64,000 bases of DNA from an uncultured Methanobacteriaceae archaeon (GTDB lineage Archaea; Methanobacteriota; Methanobacteria; Methanobacteriales; Methanobacteriaceae). Both the position numbers and the translations under genes were made by a program. Below the pieces are notes generated by a model. The model was not told the origin of the DNA, ran no database searches, and saw only the letters and a list, made by a program, of their open reading frames with translations. Where the stretch lies: the NCBI GenBank assembly GCA_963829125.1, contig CAWHHD010000004.1, positions 93,442 through 157,441 of the forward strand, in the 5' to 3' direction. How positions within the stretch are numbered: the first letter of the stretch is position 1; every line of letters starts with the position of its first letter. Positions 32,573 through 44,988 of this stretch are shown here, in pieces.

Positions 32573-32988
32573 TCAAGGGGTTAAATGTCCATCAACATCC
32601 AAATATTTTCGTTGACGTAGGAATATCACATTTATGTTTTTTTCCCTTGCTCTAATCCTTAGTTCGCGATCATTTGTACATAATAACCGTGATTTTCCCG
32701 ATAATCTTAACAGTGCATCATCCACACTCTCACCGGGCTTAAGTTCCATTTCTTGAACTTCAATTGGGGAAGATACGGCAATCTTAATAGCTATTGATGC
32801 TGCTATTCTGTTTTTGCCATTAGATCTATTTTTTATATGTTTAAGTTCTTTTAAAACAGCTGTAGGAACTACTAGTTTGCATGATGGAAGTATCTGCTCA
32901 AGTTCATATACAATGTCCATATGAAACTGAGCCGACATCATAAAAAATTTGCGTCTATGACTGCCTCACAATTATTTGATGATACCAT
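32573..32988 (-). CDS. PIN-domain nuclease (Fcf1/VapC9-like), reading frame split at 32941-32947
   Basis: Upstream frame [15 protein letters not shown](L) stop joins -1 frame MMSAQF...VVPTAV..EL...VDDALL...TNDRELR; overlaps eIF2-gamma stop. Confidence 0.8.
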
Positions 32989-34198
32989 AACCAATTAACC
33001 TCCACCTAGCCCCCACACGCCTACTAAGAGCAACTCTTTGACCTTCTTCAGCACACACAGGTAGTTTTAGGTCGACTTCTACTTCATTTTTTCTTGCACT
33101 TATTACAGTTCCAATTGATGTGGACGTTCCTATATTTATCATAAGGAGCTCAGATGATTTTATTGGATCAACTTTGCGTTCCTCTTTGGTACCTACAACC
33201 CTGTCAAGAAGATGTGTTTTCATTACAAAGCTGTGCATTATTGGAGGCAGGGTTCCTGGTTTTCCAGCAACCGATCCTGATAATGAATCTGCCTTGGTGA
33301 GTGATGGGTCTAATTTTGTACCTACACCAATTAAACCTCCGGGACCAATTTCATCAACAGATTCCCCTGCTGCTACAAGACCTGTAATTTCTGAGTGTAG
33401 ACTCATCCATTCCAGTTTACCCTTGTTTTTGATCTGTATTCCTGGTTTAATTTCAAGTTCATCCCCAACTTTGAGTTTTCCCTGGATGAGCGATCCGCCT
33501 ATTACTCCTCCTTGGATATTTTCAGGACTGGATCCTGGTTTGTTTATATCGAAGGATCTAGCAACGAACATCCTCGGGGTTTTTCTAAGTGATCTTCTGG
33601 GGGTTCTAATATTTTCTTGTATAACTTCAATTAGAATATCGATGTTTGCACCCTGCTGTGCTGAAACGGGTATTATAGGTGCCTCATCTGCACATGTTCC
33701 CTTAACAAATTCTTTTATTTCGTCGTAGCTTTCTAATGCCCTTTCTTTTGATACGATATCTATCTTATTTTGAACTACAATAACATCCTTCACACCTATA
33801 ACATCTAGTGCCATAAGATGTTCTTTGGTTTGTGGTTGTGGACATGGCTCATTTGCAGCTATCACAAGAACAGCTCCATCCATTATAGCTGCGCCCGAAA
33901 GCATGGTAGCCATCAATGTTTCGTGTCCAGGCGAGTCAACGAATGAAACCTTTCGAAGGGTACTGGTTTCTTCTCCACAGTGATTGCACACAAGTGCAGT
34001 TGTGAAACATTGAGGAGCAGGACAAGATGTACATCTACGGAAGGTTATGTCAGCATAACCAAGCCTAATTGAAATACCTCTTTTTGTCTCTTCGCTATGT
34101 GTGTCTGTCCAAATGCCTGATAGGGCTTTTGTCAGTGTTGTTTTGCCGTGGTCAACGTGTCCCACGAGCCCTATGTTTATTTCAGACTGTACTTTCAC
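32972..34198 (-). CDS. eif2g: Translation initiation factor aIF2 gamma
   Basis: [18 protein letters not shown], Zn ribbon, DSPGHE, QNKID, RWRLIG. Confidence 0.98.
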   Translation of the reverse strand: MKVQSEINIGLVGHVDHGKTTLTKALSGIWTDTHSEETKRGISIRLGYADITFRRCTSCPAPQCFTTALVCNHCGEETSTLRKVSFVDSPGHETLMATMLSGAAIMDGAVLVIAANEPCPQPQTKEHLMALDVIGVKDVIVVQNKIDIVSKERALESYDEIKEFVKGTCADEAPIIPVSAQQGANIDILIEVIQENIRTPRRSLRKTPRMFVARSFDINKPGSSPENIQGGVIGGSLIQGKLKVGDELEIKPGIQIKNKGKLEWMSLHSEITGLVAAGESVDEIGPGGLIGVGTKLDPSLTKADSLSGSVAGKPGTLPPIMHSFVMKTHLLDRVVGTKEERKVDPIKSSELLMINIGTSTSIGTVISARKNEVEVDLKLPVCAEEGQRVALSRRVGARWRLIGYGIIK

Positions 34199-34217
34199 GA
34201 TATTACACCCGTAAGCT

Positions 34218-34595
34218 TTACTCCTCACTTTCTAAAATTTCTTTAATATCCTTTTTACCCTTCTGGGTAACAACAGTGTTGATCTGCACTATGTCGCTGG
34301 ATACCGTATTTCCACGGACTGTTTTTCTTCGTCTCTGTCCATCTCGTATTGGTTTAAAGCCGATACCTCCGGATAAAAGACTTTTTATCCTTCTTTGTCC
34401 GTCTACGTCTTTTTTCATGGGAAAACCATTTTTATCGCTTCCACCGGTTATTTTGAGTTTGTATCCAGCTAGACCAACAAGAGAAGCATCGAATTCCTCA
34501 CCGATTATTAATCCAATAAGTTTTTTTGAATCTGCAGATTCTACTTCGACTTGGTGGCTCATTGAGCCTTCTGAAATAACTAATTTAAATGCCAA
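34218..34595 (-). CDS. rps6e: 30S ribosomal protein S6e
   Basis: [25 protein letters not shown]. Confidence 0.96.
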   Translation of the reverse strand: MAFKLVISEGSMSHQVEVESADSKKLIGLIIGEEFDASLVGLAGYKLKITGGSDKNGFPMKKDVDGQRRIKSLLSGGIGFKPIRDGQRRRKTVRGNTVSSDIVQINTVVTQKGKKDIKEILESEE

Positions 34596-34732
34596 TATAT
34601 CTCCTCCATCTTACTCTGGTTCTTTATAATCTATATTATTTATCGTTTTCCATTGTGTAAATCAATGATCATGGTTGATTCATTAAAGAATCTTTGAATA
34701 TATGTAAATTTTATTTTAAATTAATCATGGAC

Positions 34733-36520
34733 TTAATATTCTACTCTCATTCCCCAAAGATCGTCTTTTTTCCTCTTTATTTTAACCACTTCATCGAGTA
34801 TTTGAAGTTCGTCATCTGAGAGTTTAGATTTAAGTTCTGATTCTAGGATTTTGTAGTGGCTTTCGGGTATGTCCACATACAAGACATCTCCTTCTTCAAA
34901 GTCTTTACCGAATACAGCATCTTTGATTGCCATTGCAACCTGCTGTCCCTTGGACGTTGATGGTTGGTTGTCACCTTTATCCTGCATGCTCTCTACTTTA
35001 CCAACCCTTTCACCATTATCCCCTATCAGGACATAATCTTTTTTAACAGTACCTCCAAGTACTTCAATGCCTGCTATTGCAGGTTTACTGAATCTAAATA
35101 CAAGTTTGGGAATAATTCTTATCTTTGCAGGACGTATTATGGCATCAATCCATTCTTTTCTCTTTCTTTCTTCAGCTGCTGCTGTCCATTCAGCATATTC
35201 TTCTGTTAGTTGGTATATAACATCTGCTGAGAATAGTTTGACACCGGTGGTTTTTATTTCTTCAGACGCTGAAGGCAACACTTTAATGTTGAATGCTATT
35301 ATCACACCATATTCAGGATTGTCCTTCTGAACTATTGATGCATCGACTACGTCTCTTCTTGAAATGTCTCCGATATCAGCAGCTCTTATAGGTACTTCCA
35401 TATCCCTCAACATGCTTACAAGTGCTTCAAGGGATCCTAATGTATCTGCCTTTACTATAACACCCATTTCATCGGTATCGATTTTGATGCTTTCAATTTC
35501 GTTCATTACTTCTTCTTTGACACCTTCGAAATCTCCCCTTGCAACCCTTAGTGGAGAACCTGAGATTACATTCTCAATTTTAGGAGCAACTATTTTGATT
35601 CCAGCGGCTGCAACAACCTCGTCAACCTTCTGAAAACGTTTTTTAGAATCTCTCATCTCCTCAAGTGGTCTAGGTTTTAATAGAGATCTAATTTTTGTTG
35701 TTATAACTTTTTCAAGGCTGGTTAGAACTATGGTATCATTTTTTTTTAGGATACCATCGTATATAACGGCATCAACAGTCACACCAAGACCTTTTTCCTC
35801 TTTAACTTCAAGTATTGTTCCTTTTGCAGGAGCATCTGGTTTTAACTGTAGTTGTTCCTTTAAGTACTGCTGAGCTAGTCCCATCAACATGGTCAGGAGT
35901 TCAGGTATTCCTTCACCAGTTTTTGCACTTATGGGGATGATGCTGATCTGTTTTGCAAAGTTTTCAACGCGGTCAAACCTCTCAGATTCAAAACCTTCAT
36001 CATGAAGGACGCCTACCAGTTCATAAACACCTGTATCAAGTTTTTCCTGTACATTAGATGCTTGTTTTTTATAGGTTTGAATGAATGATAATCCTTTATG
36101 CGTTTCCCAACCGTAAATCTTGTCGATCTTAGTTGCGGCAACGACGAATGGAGTTTTAAAAGTTTTAAGAATATTCAGTGCCTCATAGGTTTGAGGTTTG
36201 AATCCCTCTTTAATATCTACTATAAGTATTGCAAGATCTGCAAGTGCACCACCTCTTTTACGGAGAGTTGTGAATGCTTCGTGACCAGGAGTGTCTATGA
36301 AGAATAATCCCGGCATGGTTTCTCTGATGTCCAGCTTTTTAAGGAGATCTCCACATATGGTTTCAATGACTTCCATTGGTATTTCGGTTCCACCTATGTG
36401 TTGAGTTATTCCTCCTGCTTCCTTTTGAGCCATAGCACCACCCCTAATATAATCAAGTAGAGTGGTTTTTCCATGGTCAACATGACCCAAAACAGACACT
36501 ATAGGCGATCGAATTTTCAA
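34733..36520 (-). CDS. infB: Translation initiation factor aIF5B (IF2)
   Basis: [43 protein letters not shown]; no intein seen. Confidence 0.98.
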   Translation of the reverse strand: MKIRSPIVSVLGHVDHGKTTLLDYIRGGAMAQKEAGGITQHIGGTEIPMEVIETICGDLLKKLDIRETMPGLFFIDTPGHEAFTTLRKRGGALADLAILIVDIKEGFKPQTYEALNILKTFKTPFVVAATKIDKIYGWETHKGLSFIQTYKKQASNVQEKLDTGVYELVGVLHDEGFESERFDRVENFAKQISIIPISAKTGEGIPELLTMLMGLAQQYLKEQLQLKPDAPAKGTILEVKEEKGLGVTVDAVIYDGILKKNDTIVLTSLEKVITTKIRSLLKPRPLEEMRDSKKRFQKVDEVVAAAGIKIVAPKIENVISGSPLRVARGDFEGVKEEVMNEIESIKIDTDEMGVIVKADTLGSLEALVSMLRDMEVPIRAADIGDISRRDVVDASIVQKDNPEYGVIIAFNIKVLPSASEEIKTTGVKLFSADVIYQLTEEYAEWTAAAEERKRKEWIDAIIRPAKIRIIPKLVFRFSKPAIAGIEVLGGTVKKDYVLIGDNGERVGKVESMQDKGDNQPSTSKGQQVAMAIKDAVFGKDFEEGDVLYVDIPESHYKILESELKSKLSDDELQILDEVVKIKRKKDDLWGMRVEY

Positions 36521-36571
36521 TTTTAACCTCCAAAGGAATTAAGAGCTTAAAAAAATTAAGGCTCTGTTATT

Positions 36572-37030
36572 TTATGGTTCTTCGTATATCAGTTCTTCAT
36601 CGGGCAGTGTGTACTCACATATCTCAGAGTCATCGAAAAATAGTGATATTTCTCTTGCTGCTGATACATCTGAATCTGATGCATGGATAATATTTCTTCC
36701 AGTATCAATGGCGTAGTCGCCCCTTATAGTTCCTAGATCAGCTTCCTGAGGGTTTGTAGCCCCAACCATCCTTCTGATTAAGGCGATACATTCTTCTCCT
36801 TCGATCACAGTTGCTAGAACAGGGCCTGATGTTATGTAGTCTACAAGGTCGTTGAAGAAGGGTTTTTCAGAGTGTTCTCCGTAATGCTTTTTTGCTTGGT
36901 TTGTATCGATGATCATCATTTTTGCAGCAATAATTTTGAGGCCGCGTTTTTCAAACCTGCCCAGAACCTCTCCAGCAAGTCTCCTTTTGACCGCATCAGG
37001 TTTCAGCATTACAAAACTTCTCTGTTTCAT
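36572..37030 (-). CDS. ndk: Nucleoside diphosphate kinase
   Basis: [24 protein letters not shown]. Confidence 0.97.
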   Translation of the reverse strand: MKQRSFVMLKPDAVKRRLAGEVLGRFEKRGLKIIAAKMMIIDTNQAKKHYGEHSEKPFFNDLVDYITSGPVLATVIEGEECIALIRRMVGATNPQEADLGTIRGDYAIDTGRNIIHASDSDVSAAREISLFFDDSEICEYTLPDEELIYEEP

Positions 37031-37188
37031 TTTTTAACCCACTTAACTTTTCTTGGAACTCTTCCGAGTCCAATCTGGTTTTTCTCACATTTGCTGCTGC
37101 AGAAGAAATATACTGTACCATCCTTCTTGACGTACATCTTTCCTGTGCCTTCTTCAATTTCTTCTTTACAGAATGAACATGTTCTCAT
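37027..37188 (-). CDS. rpl24e: 50S ribosomal protein L24e (not in ORF track)
   Basis: Read by hand: [37 protein letters not shown]...PRKVKW. Confidence 0.96.
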   Translation of the reverse strand: MRTCSFCKEEIEEGTGKMYVKKDGTVYFFCSSKCEKNQIGLGRVPRKVKWVKK

Positions 37189-37204
37189 ATTAAACACCTT
37201 TTAA

Positions 37205-37411
37205 TTATGGGGTACGGATTTCCTTAGCTTCCCTAATTGTATCCAGCAACATTAAAATGTCGCCTTCCCGTATTGCTCCCATGACATTTCTTGTGAGTAT
37301 CCTTCCCTTATCTCTTCCATCTAGTATTCTGCATTTAACCTGCATGACTTCACCAGTCATTCCAGTTCTTTTCAGAACTTCTATAATTTCAGCAGGAGTT
37401 CCATCTTCCAT
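37205..37411 (-). CDS. rps28e: 30S ribosomal protein S28e
   Basis: [38 protein letters not shown]. Confidence 0.96.
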   Translation of the reverse strand: MEDGTPAEIIEVLKRTGMTGEVMQVKCRILDGRDKGRILTRNVMGAIREGDILMLLDTIREAKEIRTP

Positions 37412-37474
37412 ATAAATCACCTTCAATTAAAATGAGAAAGGCATGGGCCTTTCATTGTAAAAATAGTCTTTTAC

Positions 37475-37846
<372 letters not shown>

Positions 37847-37852
37847 TTATTA

Positions 37853-37890
<38 letters not shown>

Positions 37891-38377
37891 GATCATACTT
37901 TTATATTTAATATATATAAAAGTTCTTCCGATCAGAAATGACTGTTAAAAAACACTGATAAATCAAATTCTAATTTCTAAACACATTAAATCTATAGAAT
38001 GATTTTTTCAAGTTCAAAATTAGTCTATTGCATATTTCAATATCATGTTATATATAGTTTGCTCGATGCTCACATACTCAATTATGAACCTTGTATACAA
38101 ATTTAAAACCATATTGTAACTTTGATAAGATTATCCATACTTTTTTGACTTTATTACGCAAATACAATACTTTTTTTCAATAAAATTTTTTTTGACTACA
38201 GTATTTGAATTTTTCAAAACACCAATTTTTGTTGATTTGAATCTGGTTTATGATCTGTTAAATAAACTAATTAATTAACTGAAAATCAATGAAATCATAG
38301 CCAATTAAATATTTGAAATTAATACAAAATTAATCTTTAAACTATTTAAAAAAAGAAAATAAAAAGAAAAAAACTAT

Positions 38378-38581
38378 TTAAAGCCTTTTAACAGCTAAAT
38401 CGACGTCTGATGCTTTAACAGTTTTTCTTCCAGCGTGTTTTGCGAGTTTGACTGCTTCAGAAGCTATTGATTCGCCTTTTTCTTCTAATGCTTTTGCTAG
38501 AGCTTCTCTAGCGTCGTCACTTACTCTTTCTGCACCTGCATTTTTTATAATTCTTCCAATTGGAGCAATTGGTAATTCCAC
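38378..38581 (-). CDS. Archaeal histone (HMfB/HMtB-like)
   Basis: [26 protein letters not shown]...[11 protein letters not shown]. Confidence 0.97.
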   Translation of the reverse strand: MELPIAPIGRIIKNAGAERVSDDAREALAKALEEKGESIASEAVKLAKHAGRKTVKASDVDLAVKRL

Positions 38582-38813
38582 ATTAATCACCTCATTTTTA
38601 TATAATTGTTAATATACACTGTTGTCGTACTCCCTTATATATTTATCGTATATTTATGAGATTATTCAGTGATCTATATGCTAATGGGTCATGTCATCAT
38701 GATCCATATCATATTGGGACAGCCAATGACAAATCGTGTTGTATTTAGTGATGTGGAAAAAATTGGGATATAGAAATAGTTCAGATTTTTTAAAAAATGT
38801 GGGTGTGATGAAT

Positions 38814-40010
38814 CTATTGCGGGTTAATAATCTTAGAAAGCGCTTCAACATTAGCCTCAATTTCAATAGGTTCTACACAAGCATTTATGGCAGTATTTGG
38901 GTCTTTTAAAAGGTGACCTGTTACAATACAAACCACTTCTTCTCCTTTATCTACTTCTCCATTCTCAACAAGCTTTAAAAGTCCGGCAATTGATGCAGCT
39001 GACGCCGGCTCAACACCAATTCCTTCGGTTCTGGCAAGTAATTTTTGTGCACTCAGTATCTCTTCATCGGTCACAGTTTCTGCAAATCCGTTGGACTCAT
39101 ATATGGCCTTGAGTGCTTTTTGAGCACTTACTGGTGCACCTATCCTTATGGCTGTTGCAACTGTCTCAGGGTTAACAACAGGTTCTATACTGTTTTTACC
39201 TTTTCGCACCGCATTAACTATGGGAGCTGCTCCTTCTGCTTGAATACCGGTCATCATAGGAAGATCTTCTATGAAACCTGCTTCATAAAATTCTTTCACA
39301 CCCTTCCATATTGCTGATATGTTCCCTGCATTTCCTACTGGAAGAATGATTCTGTCTGGGGATTTCCATCCCAGATCATCAACTACTTCAAAACCTATAG
39401 ATTTCTGACCTTCTAGACGGAAAGGGTTCACTGAATTTAAAAGGTAAAGTTGTCCTTCAAGTGCTAAGCTAGTGATAGTTTCAAGGGCTTGGTCAAAGTT
39501 GCCCTTTACAGAGAAAACTTCAGCACCGTGGAACATTGCTTGGGCAAGCTTGCCGAGTGCCACTTTTCCAGATGGTAATAGTACTACACAGCGTTTACTT
39601 GCCCGGGCAGCGTAAGCTGCTAATGATGCGGAAGTATTTCCTGTTGAAGCACATCCTACAGTTTCAACTCCTAATTCAACTGCTTTAGTTATCCCAACAC
39701 TCATTCCCCTATCTTTAAAACTTCCTGTTGGGTTTGAACCTTCTACTTTAACGTAAAGTTCTATTCCTAATTTGTCTCCTAATTTTTGGCATCTGCAGAA
39801 TGGAGTACCCCCTTCTTCGAGGCTTACTATCTTTGATTCGTCTACAGGCATGAATTCTTTGTACTTCCACATAGTAGATTTTCTACACTGAAAAATATCC
39901 TTGGATACATCTGGAATGCTAACAACTTCTAAAGTGGATCCACACTTTTTACAGGTGTAAATTATTTCATCGAGGGCGTATTGTTCACCACAGGATATGC
40001 ACTTCATCAT
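38814..40010 (-). CDS. thrC: Threonine synthase
   Basis: N-terminal Zn motif, EGSNPTGSFKDRG, ASTGNTSAS, PVGNAGN, EPASA. Confidence 0.95.
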   Translation of the reverse strand: MMKCISCGEQYALDEIIYTCKKCGSTLEVVSIPDVSKDIFQCRKSTMWKYKEFMPVDESKIVSLEEGGTPFCRCQKLGDKLGIELYVKVEGSNPTGSFKDRGMSVGITKAVELGVETVGCASTGNTSASLAAYAARASKRCVVLLPSGKVALGKLAQAMFHGAEVFSVKGNFDQALETITSLALEGQLYLLNSVNPFRLEGQKSIGFEVVDDLGWKSPDRIILPVGNAGNISAIWKGVKEFYEAGFIEDLPMMTGIQAEGAAPIVNAVRKGKNSIEPVVNPETVATAIRIGAPVSAQKALKAIYESNGFAETVTDEEILSAQKLLARTEGIGVEPASAASIAGLLKLVENGEVDKGEEVVCIVTGHLLKDPNTAINACVEPIEIEANVEALSKIINPQ

Positions 40011-40082
40011 GATATCACCTTGTTAATTTTTAATATATGATCATAAAATTACTTTTTATGGCTTTAAAAAATTAATAAAATT

Positions 40083-40718
40083 TTAAACAACAGATTTAAT
40101 GTAGTTTCCCCAGGCAATGCTCAGATTAGCTTCGATGAATGCAGCCACAATAAGGAAAACAACAGCTATTACTAATAATTTCAGAGATTCCCAGAACTCA
40201 TCACTATTCAATTCCAATATATATTTAAACTGGTTAGTTCGTGAAATATCTGATCTCATATTCGATAATCCCTGGAAAATGTGGTAAACACAACTCGCAA
40301 GCCTAAATCCTGCTGCACCAGATATTATAATTCCAATAAGCTCCAGAATTCCATGAGGGATTGTATAAATTATGTAATCTCCGAGTGGGAATTGTGTTCC
40401 TGCATATCCAATGAATAAACCATTTATAATAAGATATATTGCTGTGACAGAACCTAAAAGCAGTCCACCTACATAAATGAAAAGTGCTACTTTGAGATTG
40501 TTTGCGAATATTGAAATAGTTGTGAGTTTGATTTGTCCTTGAACAACCCTTCTTTTAAAATCACCAAATATACTGGCTAAGATAGGGCTTAAAAAGCTTG
40601 CTAATGCGTAACCCAAGAGAATGGAAATTAATACTATTGCGGTTGACAGCATTAAAAAAGTTTCATTTCGTTTGTAGAGTCCTCCAAAAAATCCATCATA
40701 TTTCTCTTTTTTTAGCAT
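40083..40718 (-). CDS. SpoIIM-like (DUF95) membrane protein
   Basis: IFANNLKVA, LIINGL..G, IPHGILEL, AAFIEAN. Confidence 0.85.
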   Translation of the reverse strand: MLKKEKYDGFFGGLYKRNETFLMLSTAIVLISILLGYALASFLSPILASIFGDFKRRVVQGQIKLTTISIFANNLKVALFIYVGGLLLGSVTAIYLIINGLFIGYAGTQFPLGDYIIYTIPHGILELIGIIISGAAGFRLASCVYHIFQGLSNMRSDISRTNQFKYILELNSDEFWESLKLLVIAVVFLIVAAFIEANLSIAWGNYIKSVV

Positions 40719-40806
40719 TATACCCTTCCCCAATTCATTTTGATTAATTTTGTATACAGAAATATCATCCACAATTGTCAAATTTATTTTTCTTCATTAT
40801 TATTAT

Positions 40807-41904
40807 CTAATTCCTACTTAAAATCTTCCTTGCATCATCTTCTGCAATTTTCCTTTTCTTTGATAAATTTTCAAAGAATTTTCGCATTTTCAATGATGCC
40901 ATTGTTTTACACTCACCGCACATAGTTGTACCGCTTCTACAGTTATTATAGATCTCATTCAGTTCTTTTCCTGAATTAACAAGATGATAGAGAAGCATTT
41001 CATAAACAACACAGTCTTCGGGTATGCCTCCGTGCTGACGCTGATCTTCTAAACTTTCTTTTCCACCAGTTTTTGCAGATATAACCTTTTTTTCAGCTAC
41101 TTCCGGGCTGTCGCTTAGGAATATAGCAGTTTTTGGTTTACTACTTGACATTTTATCTCCTGTTAACCCGGTAATGAATCGATGATATGTTGATGAAGGT
41201 ATTATGAATTTGAATTTGTTTTTGAATCTTTCTGCAATGTCCCTGGTGAGTCTGATGTGAGGGTCTTGATCAGGACCTACGGGAACCACTGTTGGTTTGG
41301 GTCCTCCAAATTCCTCTAACTGAGGGTGTAATATATCTGCGACTTGGATAAGAGGAACATATAGATGTGATAAGTTGGTTGATCCGGAAAATCCGTATAT
41401 TGCCTTCATTTCGTTTAGGTTAACTCTACGACCGAGTACATAGGCAAGATCTTGAACTGTTTTATTTTCTGACTGGAGGTAGGTGTGTATATTTTTATTG
41501 TTAAAATCCAATCCCAGAGCTATATAGTTGGTAAGATACTCTGTTATTGCAAGTTCCCTTGATTCATTAAATTCAACACCTCTTGCTGAATAAGATTCCA
41601 TATCTGCTATTGGGATATAAATATCTGCTCCTTTCTTCTGATACCATATTAACTGATCAACTATCATTTTGTGGCCGATGTGCATTTTGCCACTTGGCAT
41701 CATCCCAGTAACTACTGCAAATCCACTTTTCTCCCTCATTGCCTTTATTATTCTACCGTAATCCCTCTGGCCGAAGATAATTCCTCTTTTCATCAATGTT
41801 GAGGGATTTTCCACTTGGTCCAAAATATCTGAGAATGGTTTAATACCGAATTGTACTATGAGGTTTTCATAGTCTAAAATCGCCGAACTCCACGGGTCTA
41901 TCAC
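40807..41904 (-). CDS. trpS: Tryptophanyl-tRNA synthetase
   Basis: PSGKMHIGH (HIGH), [14 protein letters not shown]. Confidence 0.97.
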   Translation of the reverse strand: MIDPWSSAILDYENLIVQFGIKPFSDILDQVENPSTLMKRGIIFGQRDYGRIIKAMREKSGFAVVTGMMPSGKMHIGHKMIVDQLIWYQKKGADIYIPIADMESYSARGVEFNESRELAITEYLTNYIALGLDFNNKNIHTYLQSENKTVQDLAYVLGRRVNLNEMKAIYGFSGSTNLSHLYVPLIQVADILHPQLEEFGGPKPTVVPVGPDQDPHIRLTRDIAERFKNKFKFIIPSSTYHRFITGLTGDKMSSSKPKTAIFLSDSPEVAEKKVISAKTGGKESLEDQRQHGGIPEDCVVYEMLLYHLVNSGKELNEIYNNCRSGTTMCGECKTMASLKMRKFFENLSKKRKIAEDDARKILSRN

Positions 41905-42014
41905 TAAATCACCTTTATAAACACTGAAATCTATTTTTATTTATTTATCGTTGTATTATTAATATGGTTATAAAATTACATTTTTTTTCATTCTGAATAG
42001 AATATGCAATCATA

Positions 42015-42518
42015 TTATGGTCTTGTCCATTCAACGTTGTAATAAGTAATATCGTTTTCATCATCTACAACTGCAAATAAAAGTTTTTTATTCACTCCAT
42101 GAGCAACTCTAACGTAACTTGAGAGATCAGACATCATAAATTTACTGTTTTCATTTGCTACTTTAACTAAGTAGTTTGAATGACCCTCTCCAGGAGATTT
42201 ACCCCTTTCATATAATCTGAATTCTGAACCGTACTTGAAACCAGTCTTAACAATGTAACCTCTGTTACGGAGGTCCCTAAAAACAATATAGTTGGTAAAT
42301 GATCCTTGATCACGTATGATCTTAATAAGTTTCTCAATTGAAATATCTTCACAATCAATATTTACATCCAATTTTCCCTTTTCCATTAAATAAAGAGCTT
42401 CAATTAGTGAGAGTTGTAGTCCTTCTTCTGTCATGTTTCCGTAGTGACTTTTTTCATGGATCTTTGCTATATTACCGTCCTTGACAATAACCTGATCTCC
42501 TGATAATTCTAAATTCAT
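42015..42518 (-). CDS. endA: tRNA-splicing endonuclease (short, alpha4 type)
   Basis: LSLIEALYL, VFRDLRNRGYIVKTGFKYGSEFRLY, HS.Y, RVAHGVNKK. Confidence 0.95.
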   Translation of the reverse strand: MNLELSGDQVIVKDGNIAKIHEKSHYGNMTEEGLQLSLIEALYLMEKGKLDVNIDCEDISIEKLIKIIRDQGSFTNYIVFRDLRNRGYIVKTGFKYGSEFRLYERGKSPGEGHSNYLVKVANENSKFMMSDLSSYVRVAHGVNKKLLFAVVDDENDITYYNVEWTRP

Positions 42519-42598
42519 GATTCACCGTTAATATCCATATTATTCTATTTTATGTTAATACATTCAAAATTTAAATTAATGATTTGTTCAAACTATTT

Positions 42599-43183
42599 TC
42601 ATTCAATTGTGGCATGTCTCTTCTTTAGATCGATCTCTTTTTTACCTAGACGGGCCATAAATTCTGCTATAAGTCCGTCAAGAAATAAATGGGCGCTATC
42701 TTCGAATAATGTACCCATTGGTGTAAGGTCATCATAATTACCCTTTAATACATGGGATGTGTAATGTTTCCACGGTTCTTTTGATTTACTTTCGATGTTG
42801 ATGGTTACATCAAGGTATTTTCCGAGAGTAGAGGTAGGGTTGGTAGTTATTCCTACAACAGATGCACCAGATTCTGCAGCGGTTTCTGCTGCAATTGTAA
42901 CTGTTCGTGTTTCACCCGAACCAGATATTGCAATCAGACAATCTTCCTCATCTATTGCAGGGGTGGTAACATCCCCAATAACATACACAATAAACCCTAA
43001 GTGCATTAATCTCATTGCAAATGCCATACCAATCAGTTCTGATCTTCCACTGCCTACTATAAATACAGAGTTAGATCCAGAAATCTCATCAATCATTTTA
43101 TCTACTTGTAATTCATCTATTCTGTCAATAACTTCTAGGGCATGTTTAGTTATATTCTCTGCTGTTTTTTTTATGTAATCCAT
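42599..43183 (-). CDS. hxlB: 6-phospho-3-hexuloisomerase
   Basis: SIS domain GSGRSEL, AFAMRLMHLG, ISGSGET, PMGTLFE. Confidence 0.93.
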   Translation of the reverse strand: MDYIKKTAENITKHALEVIDRIDELQVDKMIDEISGSNSVFIVGSGRSELIGMAFAMRLMHLGFIVYVIGDVTTPAIDEEDCLIAISGSGETRTVTIAAETAAESGASVVGITTNPTSTLGKYLDVTINIESKSKEPWKHYTSHVLKGNYDDLTPMGTLFEDSAHLFLDGLIAEFMARLGKKEIDLKKRHATIE

Positions 43184-43229
43184 CTTAAAACCTTCAATTT
43201 CTTTAATAATTTTGGGAGAATTTATTAAT

Positions 43230-43898
43230 TCAAAGTCCGGTTATCCTGATTCCTGCAAGTTTTATTTTGTTACGAATGTTCAAATTTATTAAAAGGGGTG
43301 TTATTTTTTCTACGATCCTAGCATTTTCAAGAGATCCACATTCAATGGCCCTAACGCCGGCTATCTTTTCTGCAAGTTCCATTACTGAGGCATTTGCTTT
43401 GGGATCATCTCCTGAAATCAGACAATCGCATTCAACATCACTGTTGATGTTGGTGAGGCTTGCTGCACTTATATTGCAGAAGGCAGATACGACCCTTGCT
43501 TCTGTATCAAGAAATGCTGCTGATCTTTCAGCTGCTGAACCTTCCCATAGATCAACAAACCTTGTTGGTTTACCGCCTATACATCCTTCAAGGGGAACCG
43601 TTGCATCCACAAAAATTTTGCCTTGTATAAATTCTTTAATGCTTTTAAGAGTTATCATCTGTGCTTGAAGAGGTACTGTTAAGATCACTATATCAGCATT
43701 GGTAGTTGCATCTTCATTGGTCATTGCGGTTAAATTGGGAATATCTTCCTTATTTAACAAATTTTTTATCTGTATAACTGCATTTTCTGCTTTTTCAATA
43801 TTTCGTGAACCAACCATTACATGCTCACCTGATTGTGCAAATCTTAATGCAAGTCCAAGACCTTGGTCTCCTGTTCCACCAATTATTGCGATTTTCAA
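43230..43898 (-). CDS. fno: F420H2:NADP+ oxidoreductase
   Basis: IIGGTGDQGLGLA.R, GSR, DATVPL, SAAE, ITPLLINLN. Confidence 0.94.
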   Translation of the reverse strand: MKIAIIGGTGDQGLGLALRFAQSGEHVMVGSRNIEKAENAVIQIKNLLNKEDIPNLTAMTNEDATTNADIVILTVPLQAQMITLKSIKEFIQGKIFVDATVPLEGCIGGKPTRFVDLWEGSAAERSAAFLDTEARVVSAFCNISAASLTNINSDVECDCLISGDDPKANASVMELAEKIAGVRAIECGSLENARIVEKITPLLINLNIRNKIKLAGIRITGL

Positions 43899-44166
43899 TT
43901 AAACAACCCCTTTATTTTTTTATTTAATGATGTAATTCTCTTCCCTACCTAGTCTATATAATAAATAATATATAAAAAATAGGATTTTTTTCTTTCAGTA
44001 ACTGATATTTTCTTTGTGTAGTACTTATTAAATTTAAAGTGTAGGCTGTGAATTAATGTGGTGATAATTTTCGCTTTTCATTATTTGGAACATCAAATAT
44101 CTTAAAAAGAGTTTTAAAATTGAGGTTGTGAGTTTTAATTCATAAAGAAAATTATTTGTATGTTTT

Positions 44167-44928
44167 TTAAAATAATTCTTTGAAATTATTTTCAAGGAAA
44201 TCTAAACTTTCAGAAACTGCTTGTGGATCATTTACCTCAACAACTAGGATACCATCGTATTTGATTCGTATAAGCTCTTTAAAAAGAGATTTAAAGTCAA
44301 TATTAGCACTTCCAAGGGCATTATGGTTATCAAAGCTTCCATCATTGTCTGAAAGATGAATATGTTTTATACGTGGTGATTTTAACATTTCATTAACATG
44401 AAACTTCATGTTGTTGGCGTGTCCAACGTCCAGGGTGATATACGCACCTAACTCCTCTACAATATTATCCAGTTGATTTATATCTTTATATAGAAGTCCG
44501 TTGATATCCGGCATATTTTCCACACACAGCAAAACTCCTGTATCAGCAGCGTACTTGGAACATTCAGCAAGGGATTCTTTACTGTTATCGAGGATTTTAT
44601 CCTCAAATTTTTTACCTAATATTGGTATGTGTCCTGGATGTACAACAACTATTCCCGGTTCCAAAGAGGATGCAAGGTCTATGGAATTTTTTATCTGCGA
44701 AACTGATGATCTTCTTATTGCTTCGTTGTAGGATGCTATATTTACATCTGATAATGGGGAGTGTACAGATATTTTAATACTGTACGAATCAACAACATCT
44801 TGATCTATTGAATTGTAGGGATATTCATTAATTACTTCACAGTACTTCAAACCTCTGTCATCAAGGCATTCAAGTACATTATCAAGTGGTTTTGGTGAAA
44901 GTGCTAGTGTTGATACGCTGATATCCAT
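44167..44928 (-). CDS. Xylose isomerase/AP-endonuclease-2-like TIM barrel protein
   Basis: VHSP, VVVHPG, CVENMP, LDVGHA, HIHLSDNDG..D.H, VVEV. Confidence 0.88.
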   Translation of the reverse strand: MDISVSTLALSPKPLDNVLECLDDRGLKYCEVINEYPYNSIDQDVVDSYSIKISVHSPLSDVNIASYNEAIRRSSVSQIKNSIDLASSLEPGIVVVHPGHIPILGKKFEDKILDNSKESLAECSKYAADTGVLLCVENMPDINGLLYKDINQLDNIVEELGAYITLDVGHANNMKFHVNEMLKSPRIKHIHLSDNDGSFDNHNALGSANIDFKSLFKELIRIKYDGILVVEVNDPQAVSESLDFLENNFKELF

Positions 44929-44988
44929 ATTATTTCTCCAGTATTATTTTCTGTAAGATTTTGACAATTCATTCCATTAAAAACTGTT

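Noticed and set aside
36541-36565. Hairpin AGAGCTTAA...TTAAGGCTCT between ndk and infB
   Set aside because: Imperfect short inverted repeat, compatible with an ordinary terminator or stability element
38681-38866. 61-aa ORF or box C/D-like sRNA between thrC and the histone gene
   Set aside because: ORF overlaps the thrC end with no RBS; TGATGA-like words lack a properly placed CTGA box D and terminal stem
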